Positions 49,748 through 60,551 of a DNA stretch of 64,000 bases are shown here, in pieces. The stretch covers positions 4,936 to 68,935 of the forward strand of contig JACQPQ010000021.1 of NCBI GenBank assembly GCA_016207405.1. The letters are read 5' to 3'. Made by a program: the position numbers and the translations under genes. The stretch is from Gammaproteobacteria bacterium. Its GTDB lineage: Bacteria; Pseudomonadota; Gammaproteobacteria; JACQPQ01. The notes under the pieces are model-generated. The model worked only from the letters and a program-made list of their open reading frames with translations, was not told the origin of the DNA and made no database searches. Positions within the stretch are counted from its first letter, which is position 1. Each line of letters starts with the position of its first letter.

Positions 49748-50614
49748 TTATTCAACATTTTGAATCTGCTCGCGCATTTTCTCGATAACAACCTTTAAGT
49801 CAAGTGCACAATGACCGATCTCAGCACACAGTGCCTTTGCTGACAACGTATTGATCTCCCGGCTCAATTCTTGCATTAAAAAGTCAAGCCGCTTGCCAAC
49901 GACGCCTCCACCTACAAGAACCTTTCGAACCTCGGCGAGATGTATTTCAAAACGCTCCGTTTCTTCTGTGACGTCTCCCTTTTGAAGAGCCAAAATGACT
50001 TCTTGTTCTAAGCGGGAGGGATCGATAGAGGCCTTCACGTCACCCACTTGCCGCATGAGTCGTTCTTTTAGTTTATCTTTCGAGAGAGGGATTAAAGCTT
50101 TTAGGGAACCCCAAGACTCTTCCATTTGCAGTAAGTATTGCATCAAGCATATATGGAGTGCTTGTCCTTCTGCTTCCCGACTCGCTTTTAATTGAACAAG
50201 AGCCTTTTCAAACATCTTTAAAACAGCTGGGTGCATTTCTGGAGGGAGCGAGGAGGTTTCCTGCAATACCCCCGGCCAGTGCAGAATATCCATCGCACTA
50301 AACTTGGATGTTCCGGCATTCTCTTTTGCGAGCTTCTGTCCAAGCGTCATAAGCCACTTCACAGCAACTTCATTGATGCTAAATGGATTGGGGTGCGCTT
50401 CCCCAGGCACAAAATGGAGTGTGATCTCCATTTTCCCCCTTTGAAACTCTTCCCCAAGTTTTTTTCTTAAAGTGGGCAAAAGTGGCAGAAATCCATTGGG
50501 TAGTCTAAAATTACAATCAAGATACCTATGATTCACTGAACGGAGCTCCCACGTTGACCTTCCAAACACACCTTCAACACTTTCACACCAAAATCCGGTC
50601 ATGCTTTGTATCAT
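49748..50614 (-). CDS. yicC: YicC/YloC family endoribonuclease
   Basis: Motifs MIQSMTGF, WELRSVNHRYL, RGK, GKRLDFL.QE..RE.NTL..K, IEKMREQIQNVE. Confidence 0.96.
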   Translation of the reverse strand: MIQSMTGFWCESVEGVFGRSTWELRSVNHRYLDCNFRLPNGFLPLLPTLRKKLGEEFQRGKMEITLHFVPGEAHPNPFSINEVAVKWLMTLGQKLAKENAGTSKFSAMDILHWPGVLQETSSLPPEMHPAVLKMFEKALVQLKASREAEGQALHICLMQYLLQMEESWGSLKALIPLSKDKLKERLMRQVGDVKASIDPSRLEQEVILALQKGDVTEETERFEIHLAEVRKVLVGGGVVGKRLDFLMQELSREINTLSAKALCAEIGHCALDLKVVIEKMREQIQNVE

Positions 50615-50643
50615 TACTTTTGTCTCTGTTATACTCTGAAACC

Positions 50644-50806
50644 TAAGCAAGCCCCAGCAAATACTTATGACTTTTTACTTGTTCTTTGTTCCATTTTCTG
50701 CGTTGCAAAAAGAGTTACATAGTCAAACTATGCGCCTCTTTTTGCGCCTTGAAAATGGAACAAATTACGGCGTAAAAAGTTACAAGTATTTACTGAGGCT
50801 TGCTTA
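50644..50806. mobile_element. 163-bp MITE-like long inverted-repeat element between the divergent yicC and rph
   Basis: Ends taagcaagccccagcaaatactt and aagtatttactgaggcttgctta (21/23 complementary, TA termini); nested stems tttgttccattttc/gaaaatggaacaaa and gcaaaaagag/ctctttttgc. Confidence 0.7.
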
Positions 50807-50860
50807 AATCCCAAAACTTAGAATAAAACTATTGTACAGAAATTTATAGGGAAACTCTTT

Positions 50861-51577
50861 ATGAGAAGAGCCAGAAGAGCACACAACGAACTTCGTGACA
50901 TTCGATTTATTCGGCATTTTACTAAACATGCGGAAGGAAGTGTGTTAGTAGAATTTGGGGATACGAAGGTTGTGTGTACAGCTAGCCTCACGGAAGGGGT
51001 GCCAAGATTTATGAAAGGGAAGGGCATTGGCTGGGTGACGGCTGAATATGGTATGTTGCCTCGTGCGACTCACACACGCACGCAACGAGAAGCTTCCATT
51101 GGAAACCCAACGGGAAGAACTTTTGAAATACAAAGACTCATCTCAAGAACGCTACGTGCTGCTGTTGACCTTCAGGCCTTACCGGAGCAAACCATTATGG
51201 TTGACTGTGATGTGATCCAAGCCGATGGAGGCACGCGCACAGCGGCGATTACAGGGGGATGTGTGGCGCTCTTTGATGCCATCAAACCTCTTATGGCAAA
51301 ACACCGCATGGTTAAAAATCCTTTTAAATGGATGGTTGCCGGTGTTTCAGTGGGTATGGTGAAGGGTGAACTTCTGTTGGATCTCGATTATGATGAAGAT
51401 TCGACTGCCCAAACAGATCTCAATGTTGTGATGACGGAGAATGAACAGTTGATTGAAATTCAAGGAACCGCTGAAAATGGAACCTTCCCACGTGATGACC
51501 TAGATAAACTGATTGACCTTGCCGCCCATGGCATTCAAATGATTATTCAAAAACAAAAGGAAGCACTCGTACTTTAA
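50861..51577 (+). CDS. rph: Ribonuclease PH
   Basis: Motifs [53 protein letters not shown]. Confidence 0.98.
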   Translation: MRRARRAHNELRDIRFIRHFTKHAEGSVLVEFGDTKVVCTASLTEGVPRFMKGKGIGWVTAEYGMLPRATHTRTQREASIGNPTGRTFEIQRLISRTLRAAVDLQALPEQTIMVDCDVIQADGGTRTAAITGGCVALFDAIKPLMAKHRMVKNPFKWMVAGVSVGMVKGELLLDLDYDEDSTAQTDLNVVMTENEQLIEIQGTAENGTFPRDDLDKLIDLAAHGIQMIIQKQKEALVL

Positions 51578-51601
51578 AAATGTAAAGGGACCTTTTCAAT
51601 C

Positions 51602-53074
51602 ATGCAAACGGATTTCAAATATCGTATTGGCTTAAAAACTTCCCCCTGGCTTCCTCACCGGCGCGCTCATAGAGGGCTGTTTCGTCTTTCCCTATTGATA
51701 AGCGTTCTCCTTGGAGTGGCATTTCTATTTAAGTGGCTTTGGCAGGAGGAAGATCTTTCTTCTGTGCAAGCTGAAAATTCACAAAACTTGGGAGAGAAGG
51801 GAGAAACCTATTCGGTTATTCCTCTCAAACTTCCTCCACGTGTGGATGTTCCTGTTCAAGCACTGCCGAATGGTCCTGCTTTTATGTCCTTGCCGACATC
51901 TAAGAACGAAAGCTTTTTATCGGCGACCGAGCGCTTGCGAGAACCTTCTTCTCCCCGTAAGGAGAGTGTGACCATTGCCCCAGGGCAAAATCTTTCTCTT
52001 ATTTTCCCAAAACTGGGTCTTTCGGCAGGCATGCTTCAAGAAATATTACAGGTCACTAAAGCACGTTCTGTTTTTGCCAAACTTAAGCCTGGGCAAAATC
52101 TAGAATTCTTTTGGGACAAAAACGGTAATTTTGAAGCGATGCGCATTCCGGTTACGGATGAAACAAGTCTTAAAATCCGTTATGAGAACAATCATCCTGT
52201 CATTGAGAACCAAAAGCGAGTAGTAACCAAAGCAGTGCAGTATCGAGCAGGCACCATTCACAGCTCTCTTTACTGGGCGGGGCACAAAGCAGGGTTATCT
52301 GACAAACTCATCCTTCAGCTTTCGGAAATCTTTGCTTGGGATATTGACTTTGCTCTAGACATCCAGCCGGAAGATTCTTTTCAAGTGCTCTATGAAACCC
52401 TGTATTCGGAAGAAGGGAAAAAAATTCGTGATGGAGATATTCTTGTTGCTGAATTTACCAATCAAGGAAGGCCTTATCGAGCACTTCGCTATACCAGTTC
52501 AGTTGGCGCAAGCAGCTATTACACGCCGGGTGGAGAGAGCCTTCAAAAAGCGTTTATTCGTACACCCGTTGCGTTTAGCGTGATCAGTTCACAGTTTAAC
52601 TTAAGCAGAAGGCACCCCATTTTAGATATTATTCGCGCCCATAAAGGTGTGGACTATGCGGCTCCCTCGGGCACTCCGGTTAAAGCGACTGGAGATGGCA
52701 AAGTGGTGTTTATGGGAAGAAAGGGAGGATATGGAAATACCATTATTCTTGACCACGGGCAACAGTACAAAACGGTTTATGCCCATTTGTTGAAATTTGG
52801 GAGAAGTTTATCGACTGGAAAACGGGTTAGTCAGAATGACCTTATCGGGTTTGTGGGAAAGTCAGGACTGGCGACAGGGCCCCATCTACATTATGAATTT
52901 CAGGTCAATGGGATTCACAAAAATCCTGTGACTGTGCAACTTCCTCGAGCGAAATCTATACTAAAAGCAGAAAAGCCTCTTTTTCTGGAACGCACGAGAA
53001 CCTTGTTGGCTCAAATGGAGTCCTATAAGCAAGGTTATGCTAAACTTACTCCTAGTGAGGTCAAACGGCAGTAA
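51602..53074 (+). CDS. M23 family peptidoglycan endopeptidase (MepM-like)
   Basis: TM anchor, IFAWDIDF..DI, ISS.F...R.HP....RAHKGVDYAA..GTP, GYG, YAHL, ATGPHLHYEF. Confidence 0.95.
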   Translation: MQTDFKYRIGLKTSPWLPHRRAHRGLFRLSLLISVLLGVAFLFKWLWQEEDLSSVQAENSQNLGEKGETYSVIPLKLPPRVDVPVQALPNGPAFMSLPTSKNESFLSATERLREPSSPRKESVTIAPGQNLSLIFPKLGLSAGMLQEILQVTKARSVFAKLKPGQNLEFFWDKNGNFEAMRIPVTDETSLKIRYENNHPVIENQKRVVTKAVQYRAGTIHSSLYWAGHKAGLSDKLILQLSEIFAWDIDFALDIQPEDSFQVLYETLYSEEGKKIRDGDILVAEFTNQGRPYRALRYTSSVGASSYYTPGGESLQKAFIRTPVAFSVISSQFNLSRRHPILDIIRAHKGVDYAAPSGTPVKATGDGKVVFMGRKGGYGNTIILDHGQQYKTVYAHLLKFGRSLSTGKRVSQNDLIGFVGKSGLATGPHLHYEFQVNGIHKNPVTVQLPRAKSILKAEKPLFLERTRTLLAQMESYKQGYAKLTPSEVKRQ

Positions 53075-53094
53075 ACTAATGGAGAACTTACATC

Positions 53095-55020
53095 ATGGAC
53101 AAGAAATTTACATGTAGAACTGCGGTACAGGCTTTTTTGTTTCTGCCTTTTAAAAAATGCGCAAAACATACAACAATTTGCTTGATAGGATGCCTATTTG
53201 CAATAGCTTTTGCTCTCTATACTAAAGAAGTTGTAGCAGTGTCGCTTACTGATGGCCATGAGTGTACAAGTTCTACACAGTGCTCCTCTGGCTACTGCTA
53301 CCCTGGTCCAGAAGAGAAGAGTTACTGCATTTCCCGTGATGCAAACTGCGCAAAGCCCGGAACAGCAGGGGTTATGGTGGGAGCTTTGTATTCATACAGA
53401 GGAAAGGAATATATATGCCACTCTTCCGGAGGTCTTCAAAAAGCGGAAAAAGTGTCGTTTCTTGATGGCTTTGAGTGTACAAGTTCTACACAGTGCTCCT
53501 CTGGCTACTGCTACCCCGGTCCAAACCAGAAAAATTATTGTACAGCCAGAGAGCAACACTGTGCTTACCCCCAGTCAGCGGGCACACAAATAAAAACGAG
53601 CTATTTCCATGACAAAAAACTCTATTTTTGCTCAACAGTTCGTGGATTTTCTTCTTCTGGGATGTTGGGGTGTGGTCTTACTACAACTCAAATGGAAAAA
53701 CTTTACCCCTACTTTCAAAAAGGGATTAAGCGATGGACAGATTCCTTCGAAGTGGCAGCTAATTACCCACAAGTTCTTTATGATATGCAAACTTTCACTG
53801 CAACTGTCCTATATTTGGCTGCCTACTGCGGCAATCTCGATATGTTAGACCAGCTTGCTACACTGTATCTCATCCCTTTTTCTTATCTGACAGAAGTAGG
53901 CAAAGAAGACAGCCGGTGGATTACTCCAACAGGAATTCCCCCAACAACAGAAACCTCAAGTCGTTTTATGTATCCTTTTGGATACGATCGGGAACAGTTC
54001 GAACCTTCGACAATAGAACCCTCATCAACACGCGATGAAGAGATGCTCTATTCCAGCCAATTTATATATCCTCTAGCTTATCTTCTACGTCGGCTGGCGG
54101 AACTGCCTTCGAATAACCGCACACCAGCAATGCACAAATACATGACTACGGCCACTCCCCTTTTAAGAGGAACGTTTAATCGATGGATGAACCAACCTTC
54201 TATGTGGACATGGACGCACTGCCGATTTCCTTCCAGCCGATCAAATATGAAAGCGTATACTTTCCCAGAATTCGTTTCAGGCAAACTGCAACGGTCACTC
54301 GGTAGTTCCTGGTGCAATGCTATGCTTGAAATTGAACTGTGGGTTGCAGCAGCGGTAACCGAATTTCTTTCGGCAAACAAACGCGGCATGAACTTGGAAT
54401 TAACGCCACAAGAGACTAACACCTTAACCACTTATGCACAGACCACTCTCAAACTCTTTGAATCCAGATTGTCTGAAGGTATATCTACCAGCCCACTCTG
54501 TGGAGGCCGGTGCTCTTATTTGATTTTAGACCGATATGGGATGAGAGGGCATCCAGACCAACCTGATGCTGCTAGCACATGGGATATCTCTCATGGGAGA
54601 CGCCTTGTTCAATTTCTGGAAACCATGTATGCCCCCGAAAACACAAACATCACTCAACCCACTAAAAATGGAAAATGGGTGAAAACTCAATTCGCTAACG
54701 CGATTATCTATCAAATATTTAATGGATCTTGGGATCACCCTCGGTTTGCCAATTTTATGGATGGAGTTAATGTGCACTACCGCTCGTATGAACCTTTCGC
54801 ACTGAGCGATCAATACGCAGACATCGGGTATGCTTTTTGGCAGAGATATAATCGTGATATCACCGAACTCAACAGCTCTTTTTTAAGTATCCTCGAAGGC
54901 AAGAAATCCGATTCCTTTTATGACCACATTCGTCTGAAGGAAGGTCCAGAAGATTTTTACAAAACCGTGTACCACTATTTGGCTTTTGTAGCTTCTCTCA
55001 GTCACCCATGGAGAGAGTAA
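53095..55020 (+). CDS. Hypothetical exported protein with a duplicated Cys-rich module and a large unknown C-terminal domain
   Basis: 641-aa ORF; hydrophobic N-terminus; two copies of DG.ECTSSTQCSSGYCYPGP....YC......CA.P. Confidence 0.85.
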   Translation: MDKKFTCRTAVQAFLFLPFKKCAKHTTICLIGCLFAIAFALYTKEVVAVSLTDGHECTSSTQCSSGYCYPGPEEKSYCISRDANCAKPGTAGVMVGALYSYRGKEYICHSSGGLQKAEKVSFLDGFECTSSTQCSSGYCYPGPNQKNYCTAREQHCAYPQSAGTQIKTSYFHDKKLYFCSTVRGFSSSGMLGCGLTTTQMEKLYPYFQKGIKRWTDSFEVAANYPQVLYDMQTFTATVLYLAAYCGNLDMLDQLATLYLIPFSYLTEVGKEDSRWITPTGIPPTTETSSRFMYPFGYDREQFEPSTIEPSSTRDEEMLYSSQFIYPLAYLLRRLAELPSNNRTPAMHKYMTTATPLLRGTFNRWMNQPSMWTWTHCRFPSSRSNMKAYTFPEFVSGKLQRSLGSSWCNAMLEIELWVAAAVTEFLSANKRGMNLELTPQETNTLTTYAQTTLKLFESRLSEGISTSPLCGGRCSYLILDRYGMRGHPDQPDAASTWDISHGRRLVQFLETMYAPENTNITQPTKNGKWVKTQFANAIIYQIFNGSWDHPRFANFMDGVNVHYRSYEPFALSDQYADIGYAFWQRYNRDITELNSSFLSILEGKKSDSFYDHIRLKEGPEDFYKTVYHYLAFVASLSHPWRE

Positions 55021-55022
55021 AT

Positions 55023-55061
55023 GTAGGCCGGGGCAAGCGCGTCTTTTTGCACGGCCCCGGC
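55023..55061 (+). repeat. GTAG-REP variant, possibly acting as a terminator
   Basis: gtag-gccggggc...gccccggc followed by attcttttc. Confidence 0.6.
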
Positions 55062-55095
55062 ATTCTTTTCTCTAACCCCTTATTTTTTCTGCAGA

Positions 55096-56226
55096 ATGCC
55101 AATCTCATCCTTATTCATCGGGGCACTGTCCGGTACGAGTATGGACTCCATAGATGCGGCTGTATTTAATTTTGTTTCTTATCCTCCAGAGCTCATTGGG
55201 CATTGTGAACGTCCTTTTCCTGTCTCTCTTCGAAAAAAAATTCAAATGATTGTGGACAGCCGCAAGCTAGCCCTTAAGACTTTTATTCAACTGGATGTCT
55301 GTATGGGGAGAGAAATTGCAAAAACCGTGAACACATTACTCAAAATCACTAGTCTTTCGAAAGCCGCTATTGCCGCGATTGGGAGTCATGGGCAAACGCT
55401 CTACCATGCACCGAACTCTCCTTATCCCTCTTCGTTACAGATAGGTGATCCCAATATTATTGTCACCCAAACCGGTATAACGACGGTTTCAGATTTTAGG
55501 CGGCGGGATATGGCTTATAAAGGACAAGGCGCGCCTCTAGCCCCTCATTTACATGCCACTCTCTTTAGAAGCCGAGAACACGACAGGATTATTTTAAATA
55601 TCGGTGGCATTGCGAATGTGACGATATTGCCTGCAGATCCCAATTTACCTATTACGGGTTTTGATACGGGGCCAGGCAATCTCTTGATGGATGCGTGGAT
55701 ATCCCATCACAGGCCACATTCACCTTACGATCAGGATGGAAAATGGGCAGCAGAAGGTAAAGTTCAGTCAAAACTTCTCCATCATTTACTCAAGGATCCA
55801 TATTTTAAGCGGCCGTCACCCAAAAGCACAGGCAGAGAATATTTCAATTTAGGATGGTTACTCGAACGACTTAAATTCTTTAAACCCTTCTCTCCGAAGG
55901 ATGTTCAAGCGACTTTGCTGGCACTGACTGTAGAAAGTATTACCATGGCGCTTCAAAGATGGGGGAGCTCGCCAAACGCTCAGATTTATGTGTGTGGAGG
56001 AGGGGCTTTAAATCCCATACTGATCTTGCAGCTTCAGAAAAGGCTTGTGAACCATTCTATTCAGAGCACGGAAGTGTTAGGCATCCTTCCTAAGCATCTG
56101 GAACCGTTACTCTTTGCGTGGCTCGCCAAACAAACGCTCGAACGAAAAACAGGCAATATACCCACGGTCACCGGCGCTCAGAGAGAGACTCTATTGGGGG
56201 GAATTTATCTTGCTAACTTTTCGTAG
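55096..56226 (+). CDS. anmK: Anhydro-N-acetylmuramic acid kinase
   Basis: Motifs G..SGTSMD, IGSHGQT..H, DFRRRD.A..GQGAPL, LNIGGIAN, FDTGPGN, PKSTGRE, CGGG. Confidence 0.98.
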   Translation: MPISSLFIGALSGTSMDSIDAAVFNFVSYPPELIGHCERPFPVSLRKKIQMIVDSRKLALKTFIQLDVCMGREIAKTVNTLLKITSLSKAAIAAIGSHGQTLYHAPNSPYPSSLQIGDPNIIVTQTGITTVSDFRRRDMAYKGQGAPLAPHLHATLFRSREHDRIILNIGGIANVTILPADPNLPITGFDTGPGNLLMDAWISHHRPHSPYDQDGKWAAEGKVQSKLLHHLLKDPYFKRPSPKSTGREYFNLGWLLERLKFFKPFSPKDVQATLLALTVESITMALQRWGSSPNAQIYVCGGGALNPILILQLQKRLVNHSIQSTEVLGILPKHLEPLLFAWLAKQTLERKTGNIPTVTGAQRETLLGGIYLANFS

Positions 56227-56289
56227 GGCGCGCTTCTGCACCACTCTACAAGAAGCTGATTTTAAGAATGGTGCGCAAGCGCACCCTAC
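56223..56289. repeat. Inverted REP B doublet (REPIN-like) between the convergent anmK and erpA
   Basis: gtagggcgcgcttctgcacc ... ggtgcgcaagcgcaccctac; each GTAG contains a flanking gene's stop codon. Confidence 0.8.
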
Positions 56290-56633
56290 GCAGTAAAAGA
56301 AGAACCACATCCACAGGTGGTTTTTGCATTGGGGTTATGGATCACAAATTGTGCGCCCTGAACATCTTCCTGGTAGTCTACTTCTGCTCCCATTAAATAC
56401 TGAAAACTCATCGGATCGACTAAAAAAGTCACCCCCTCTTTTGTGAATTGGGTATCTTCTTCAGTCGCTTTTTCTTCAAAAGAAAACCCATATTGGAAAC
56501 CAGAACATCCGCCACCTGTAATAAATACACGAAGTTTAAGCGCATCGTTGTGTTCTTCTTCAATCAATTGGCGAACTTTTGAAATGGCGGCGTCTGTGAA
56601 CCGAATAAGATTTTCTGAGTCTGGAATGTTCAT
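56286..56633 (-). CDS. erpa: Iron-sulfur cluster insertion protein ErpA
   Basis: Motifs [43 protein letters not shown]. Confidence 0.97.
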   Translation of the reverse strand: MNIPDSENLIRFTDAAISKVRQLIEEEHNDALKLRVFITGGGCSGFQYGFSFEEKATEEDTQFTKEGVTFLVDPMSFQYLMGAEVDYQEDVQGAQFVIHNPNAKTTCGCGSSFTA

Positions 56634-56792
56634 AGGCTGTCATCTTCTCAGGAGAGTGGTTTGTGGTCAAGCCATGGGAAGCTAATCTGGCGTGCCCGGA
56701 GGGATTACTCGCCGCTATCCTGGCCCTCTATGCCAGGCACGGTTGAACACAAATTCGGCACAGTGTGTTTTTATCGGTGTTATAATGTAAAT

Positions 56793-56954
56793 ATGAAACA
56801 CAATTGCTTGATGAACACCAATCCCTATTTAAAAGATCCAAAACAACGAATAAAATTGATTCGCCGTTCTGTTGAAAGTTCATCTGAAATCGAAGGAATT
56901 TATATTAAACTCGGGGAAAAAAGTTCTACTCGAAGAAAAAGAGCTATAGGATAG
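56793..56954 (+). CDS. Putative Fic antitoxin (53 aa) with an inhibitory (S/T)xxxE(G/N) motif
   Basis: MKHNCLMNTNPYLKDPKQRIKLIRRSVESSSEIEGI...; TATAAT at 56781-56786 just upstream. Confidence 0.6.
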   Translation: MKHNCLMNTNPYLKDPKQRIKLIRRSVESSSEIEGIYIKLGEKSSTRRKRAIG

Positions 56955-57555
56955 ACTTTTGAATAATTTTCTTAAAAAGAATTGTCATAGGTTGATAGTT
57001 TCTATCTAAACCAGCCTGAACAGCTCGAAAGTAAGCTTTTTTCTCTGCTCCTTTCACCATCCTATAATCAAGAGAAGGTAACCCCGCTTGCAAACACATT
57101 AAATCAGATAGTACGCGAGCTACTCTGCCATTACCTTCACGAAAAGGATGTATCAAAACCAATTCAGTATGAACAACTGCCAGCGCATGAGTAAGTTCTT
57201 CGTCTTCTAAACGGCTGCCTGGAGTAAAACGAGAAAGGATTTTCTTTTCAAACTCTGCCATTAAACGTGGTATTTCTCGTGCAGCGGCAAAATGAAAATC
57301 ATCCTTACTTAAGTTGGTATTACGATATTGTCCTGCCCACGAATAAATTTTCTTTAGCCAAGTCTTGTGAATAAAACAAATATCTTTTGCAGCAAATCGG
57401 TGGTTTTTATCGTAAGTTTTAGTGAATATCTTAAAAGCACTCTCGAGAGCTTCCGTTTCACGTCTATCCATTTTGTGTGGATCTTTGATGCCAAGTAGAT
57501 TTTTTAGAACTTCTTCATCGGAGCCAGGTTCAAACTGCGCTTCTTCAAATTCACT
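56944..57555 (-). pseudogene. Fic-domain protein with its 5' end lost (may be expressed from the internal ATG at 57471)
   Basis: Canonical HPFREGNGRVAR motif. The frame extends upstream as EFEEAQFEPGSDEEVLKNLLGI with no start codon before a stop at the repeat boundary. Confidence 0.8.
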
Positions 57556-57566
57556 TTAAGCTAATC

Positions 57567-57643
57567 TGGCGCGCCCGGAGGGATTCGAACCCCCGACCAC
57601 CAAGTTCGTAGCCTGGTACTCTATCCTACTGAGCTACGGGCGC
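57567..57643 (-). tRNA. tRNA-Arg(ACG)
   Basis: GCGCCCGTAGCTCAG...CCAGG-CT-ACG-AA-CTTGG...GGTTCGAATCC...GGGCGCGCCA. Confidence 0.97.
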
Positions 57644-57649
57644 GAATCA

Positions 57650-57744
57650 TGGCGGAGAGAGAGGGATTTGAACCCTCGATGGGGCTTTTGACCCCATACT
57701 CCCTTAGCAGGGGAGCGCCTTCAGCCGTGCTCGGCCATCTCTCC
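57650..57744 (-). tRNA. tRNA-Ser(GCT)
   Basis: GGAGAGATGGCCGAG...CTCCC-CT-GCT-AA-GGGAG, long variable arm, GGTTCAAATCC, CCA end. Confidence 0.97.
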
Positions 57745-58082
57745 TTTTCAATGGGGCTTAGTGTACCAATCTTTTTTTAGTGAAAGAAGGGAAAGTCTTC
57801 GGTTTTATTGAAGCACCATTTAAAATAAAGACATTTTTATCAACGTTGCTGACACACGCGTTTTGGCAAGGAAACGTGGCAGATGTTATGATGTGTGGAT
57901 TCATTATCTGTAAGGGCCTGTAAAAGAAAAGTTATTTTTTTACAGGCCCTAAGCATCAAAAATATGTTTGGACAGTTATCAACCGCCATCTATTGGTCTT
58001 TTTCAGGAAACGGTATTCCCCCTGATAACATTTCTCATTCAAGATATAGTGGACCCAATTCTCTGCGCCAAAAAAAGAGCAG

Positions 58083-60521
58083 TTATTCCTTGGCGGACCC
58101 TTGCATTTCGTGCACGGTTTCTAACTCTTCTAATTTATCTTCCGCCATTTGGATTACTGTTTCTGGAAGCCCTGCGAGTTTGGCGACCTCTATCCCATAA
58201 CTCTGATGAGCAGGCCCCTCATTGACAGAATATAAAAAGGTAATGCGCTTATCTCGTTTTTCTGCCGCGACGTGAACATTGCGAAGTCCAAAATTTTTTC
58301 CAGCGAGCTCTGTCAATTCAAAATAATGTGTGGCAAATAGGGTAAACGCTCGAATGTTTTTGACTAAATGAACTACGGCTGCCCACGCTAAACTTAATCC
58401 ATCAAAAGTGCTTGTTCCACGCCCCATTTCATCCATCAACACTAAACTCCGATCTGTCGCATGATGCAAAATATGGGCCGTTTCTATCATTTCCACCATA
58501 AAGGTAGAACGACCGCTCGCGATTTCATCTCCTGCCCCCATCCGAGTTAAAATCTGGTCAAACACGCTCATCGTGACAGAGCGCGCAGGCACATAACATC
58601 CAACTTGAGCTAAGAGCACAATCAAAGCCGCTTGCCTAAGATAAGTGGATTTTCCTCCCATATTGGGGCCCGTAATAATCAAACTTTTTTGGTCGGAGAA
58701 TAAATGCAGATCATTTGGAACAAAGGGTGTTTCGGAAAAGGCTTCGACAACCAAGTGACGCCCCTCTTCTATGTGAAGGCCACCTTCCTCCTGAAAGTTT
58801 GGCCTACACAGATTAAGCGACACGGCTCGCTCAGCAAAATTAGCAAACAGATCTAGCTCCGCTAAGGCCTTTGCCATAGCTTGCAAAGGGCTTAAGTGTT
58901 CTATCAAACGCCCTAAAAGTTCCTCATACAGTTGCTTCTCCCGCGCCAATGCCCGCGCTTTGGCGCTTAAGACTTTATCTTCAAAAGTAGAGAGTTCAGG
59001 CGTTGTAAACCTTTCCGCATTTTTTAAGGTCTGACGACGCATATAATGCACAGGCACTTTGTCCAATTGCCCACGGCTCACTTCGATGGTGTACCCGTGT
59101 ACCGTGTTAAATTGAACTTTGAGCGTTGAAATCCCTGTTTTTTGTTTCTCTTCTTGTTCAAAGACTCGCAAAAAATGATGTGCATCTTCCGAGAGCTTTC
59201 GGAAGTTATCCAACTCTTCATCATACCCTGATTGAATGACTCCCCCCTCCCGAAGTGTGACGGGTGGGGTGCTCACGATGCTTTCTTCGAGTAATTTCTG
59301 TAAAAGAGGTTGTGGAATAAGGCATTCAGCAATTTGGTTTAAATTTTTAGTTTTAAAGGATAATGAAGAATGCAAAAGGGGCAATTGACTCAATGCTTTT
59401 CTTAGTTTGATCAAATCAAGTGGCCTTGCTGAACGAAGCCCTATCCGGCCTAAAATGCGCTCGAGATCTCCTATGCCTTTTAAATGTATTTGCACCGTGT
59501 AAAACTGGTGATCAGATCGGAGTTCAGAAATAGCCTCCTGCCGCTCCAAAATCTCTCTTCTCGACCGCAAGGGTTTCTGCAACCATCTGCCCAATAGGCG
59601 ACTTCCTATTGGGGTCACTGTTTTATCCAGAACTGTTTTTATTGTGTATTGAGAAGAACCTTGTAAATTGAGCGCGATCTCTAAATTTCGTCGTGTCGGT
59701 GCGTCCAATAGGAGCATGTCTTTGGGATGTTCTATTTGCAAAGTTTTAAGGTGAGGCACGCCACTCCTTTGCGTGTATTCCACATATTGAAGTACACACC
59801 CTATTGCTTTGACCGCTTGTGTCAAAGGCTCTAAACCGAATGCTTTGAAATCCTGCACCTTAAACTGCTCTTTTATGCGACCAAGACTGCGTTTGGAGTC
59901 AAAATACCAGGAAGGGCACCGCTCGCACTTCCAGGAAGAGAATTTTTCCGGCAAGGTTACCGTATCTTCCACTAGTAATTCAGCAGGTTGAATGCGTTTC
60001 AATTCATGAAATAGCGCATCTTCTCCTTCCCCCTCGGAGGCGACACAAACACCACTGGCTAAATTGAGGACAGCAAGCCCATATCTTTGAGGCAATCCAC
60101 TCAAGGCAACCAAAACGTGATCGCATCCTTCCTCCATCAACGCTTCATCGGTTACGGTTCCAGGCGTTAAAATGCGCGTAACCTTTCGCTCCATAGGGCC
60201 TTTATTGCTTGGATCGCCTATTTGTTCACAGACGACGACCGTTTCTCCAAGGCGAAGCAACTTGGCGAGATAATTCTCTGCCGCATGAAAAGGAACACCT
60301 GCCATAGGAATTGGCTCCCCGAGAGAGGTACCACGTGTCGTTAACGTAATGTCTAAAAGTTCTGCTGCACGTTTAGCATCTTCATAGAAGAGCTCGTAGA
60401 AATCCCCCATGCGATAAAATACAAGATTTTTAGGGTGGCGAGCTTTGATGGCTAAATACTGGCGCATCATGGGGGTGTGTTCTGGAGATGGAGAAACGAT
60501 TGTGGAGGTCGCTGAATTCAT
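58083..60521 (-). CDS. mutS: DNA mismatch repair protein MutS
   Basis: Motifs [61 protein letters not shown]. Confidence 0.99.
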   Translation of the reverse strand: MNSATSTIVSPSPEHTPMMRQYLAIKARHPKNLVFYRMGDFYELFYEDAKRAAELLDITLTTRGTSLGEPIPMAGVPFHAAENYLAKLLRLGETVVVCEQIGDPSNKGPMERKVTRILTPGTVTDEALMEEGCDHVLVALSGLPQRYGLAVLNLASGVCVASEGEGEDALFHELKRIQPAELLVEDTVTLPEKFSSWKCERCPSWYFDSKRSLGRIKEQFKVQDFKAFGLEPLTQAVKAIGCVLQYVEYTQRSGVPHLKTLQIEHPKDMLLLDAPTRRNLEIALNLQGSSQYTIKTVLDKTVTPIGSRLLGRWLQKPLRSRREILERQEAISELRSDHQFYTVQIHLKGIGDLERILGRIGLRSARPLDLIKLRKALSQLPLLHSSLSFKTKNLNQIAECLIPQPLLQKLLEESIVSTPPVTLREGGVIQSGYDEELDNFRKLSEDAHHFLRVFEQEEKQKTGISTLKVQFNTVHGYTIEVSRGQLDKVPVHYMRRQTLKNAERFTTPELSTFEDKVLSAKARALAREKQLYEELLGRLIEHLSPLQAMAKALAELDLFANFAERAVSLNLCRPNFQEEGGLHIEEGRHLVVEAFSETPFVPNDLHLFSDQKSLIITGPNMGGKSTYLRQAALIVLLAQVGCYVPARSVTMSVFDQILTRMGAGDEIASGRSTFMVEMIETAHILHHATDRSLVLMDEMGRGTSTFDGLSLAWAAVVHLVKNIRAFTLFATHYFELTELAGKNFGLRNVHVAAEKRDKRITFLYSVNEGPAHQSYGIEVAKLAGLPETVIQMAEDKLEELETVHEMQGSAKE

Positions 60522-60551
60522 GGCATGAATATACTATACTCACTCAGCAAG

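Larger units (their letters stand above)
56679..57585. mobile_element. tRNA-Arg-linked islet remnant bounded by 28-bp direct repeats
   Basis: aagctaatctggcgYgcccggagggatt at 56679-56706 and 57558-57585 (one mismatch), overlapping the tRNA-Arg 3' end; no integrase inside. Confidence 0.7.

Noticed and set aside
56661..56792. 5' part of the 97-aa ORF
   Set aside because: It runs through the tRNA-derived repeat; only the part from ATG 56793 is plausible.
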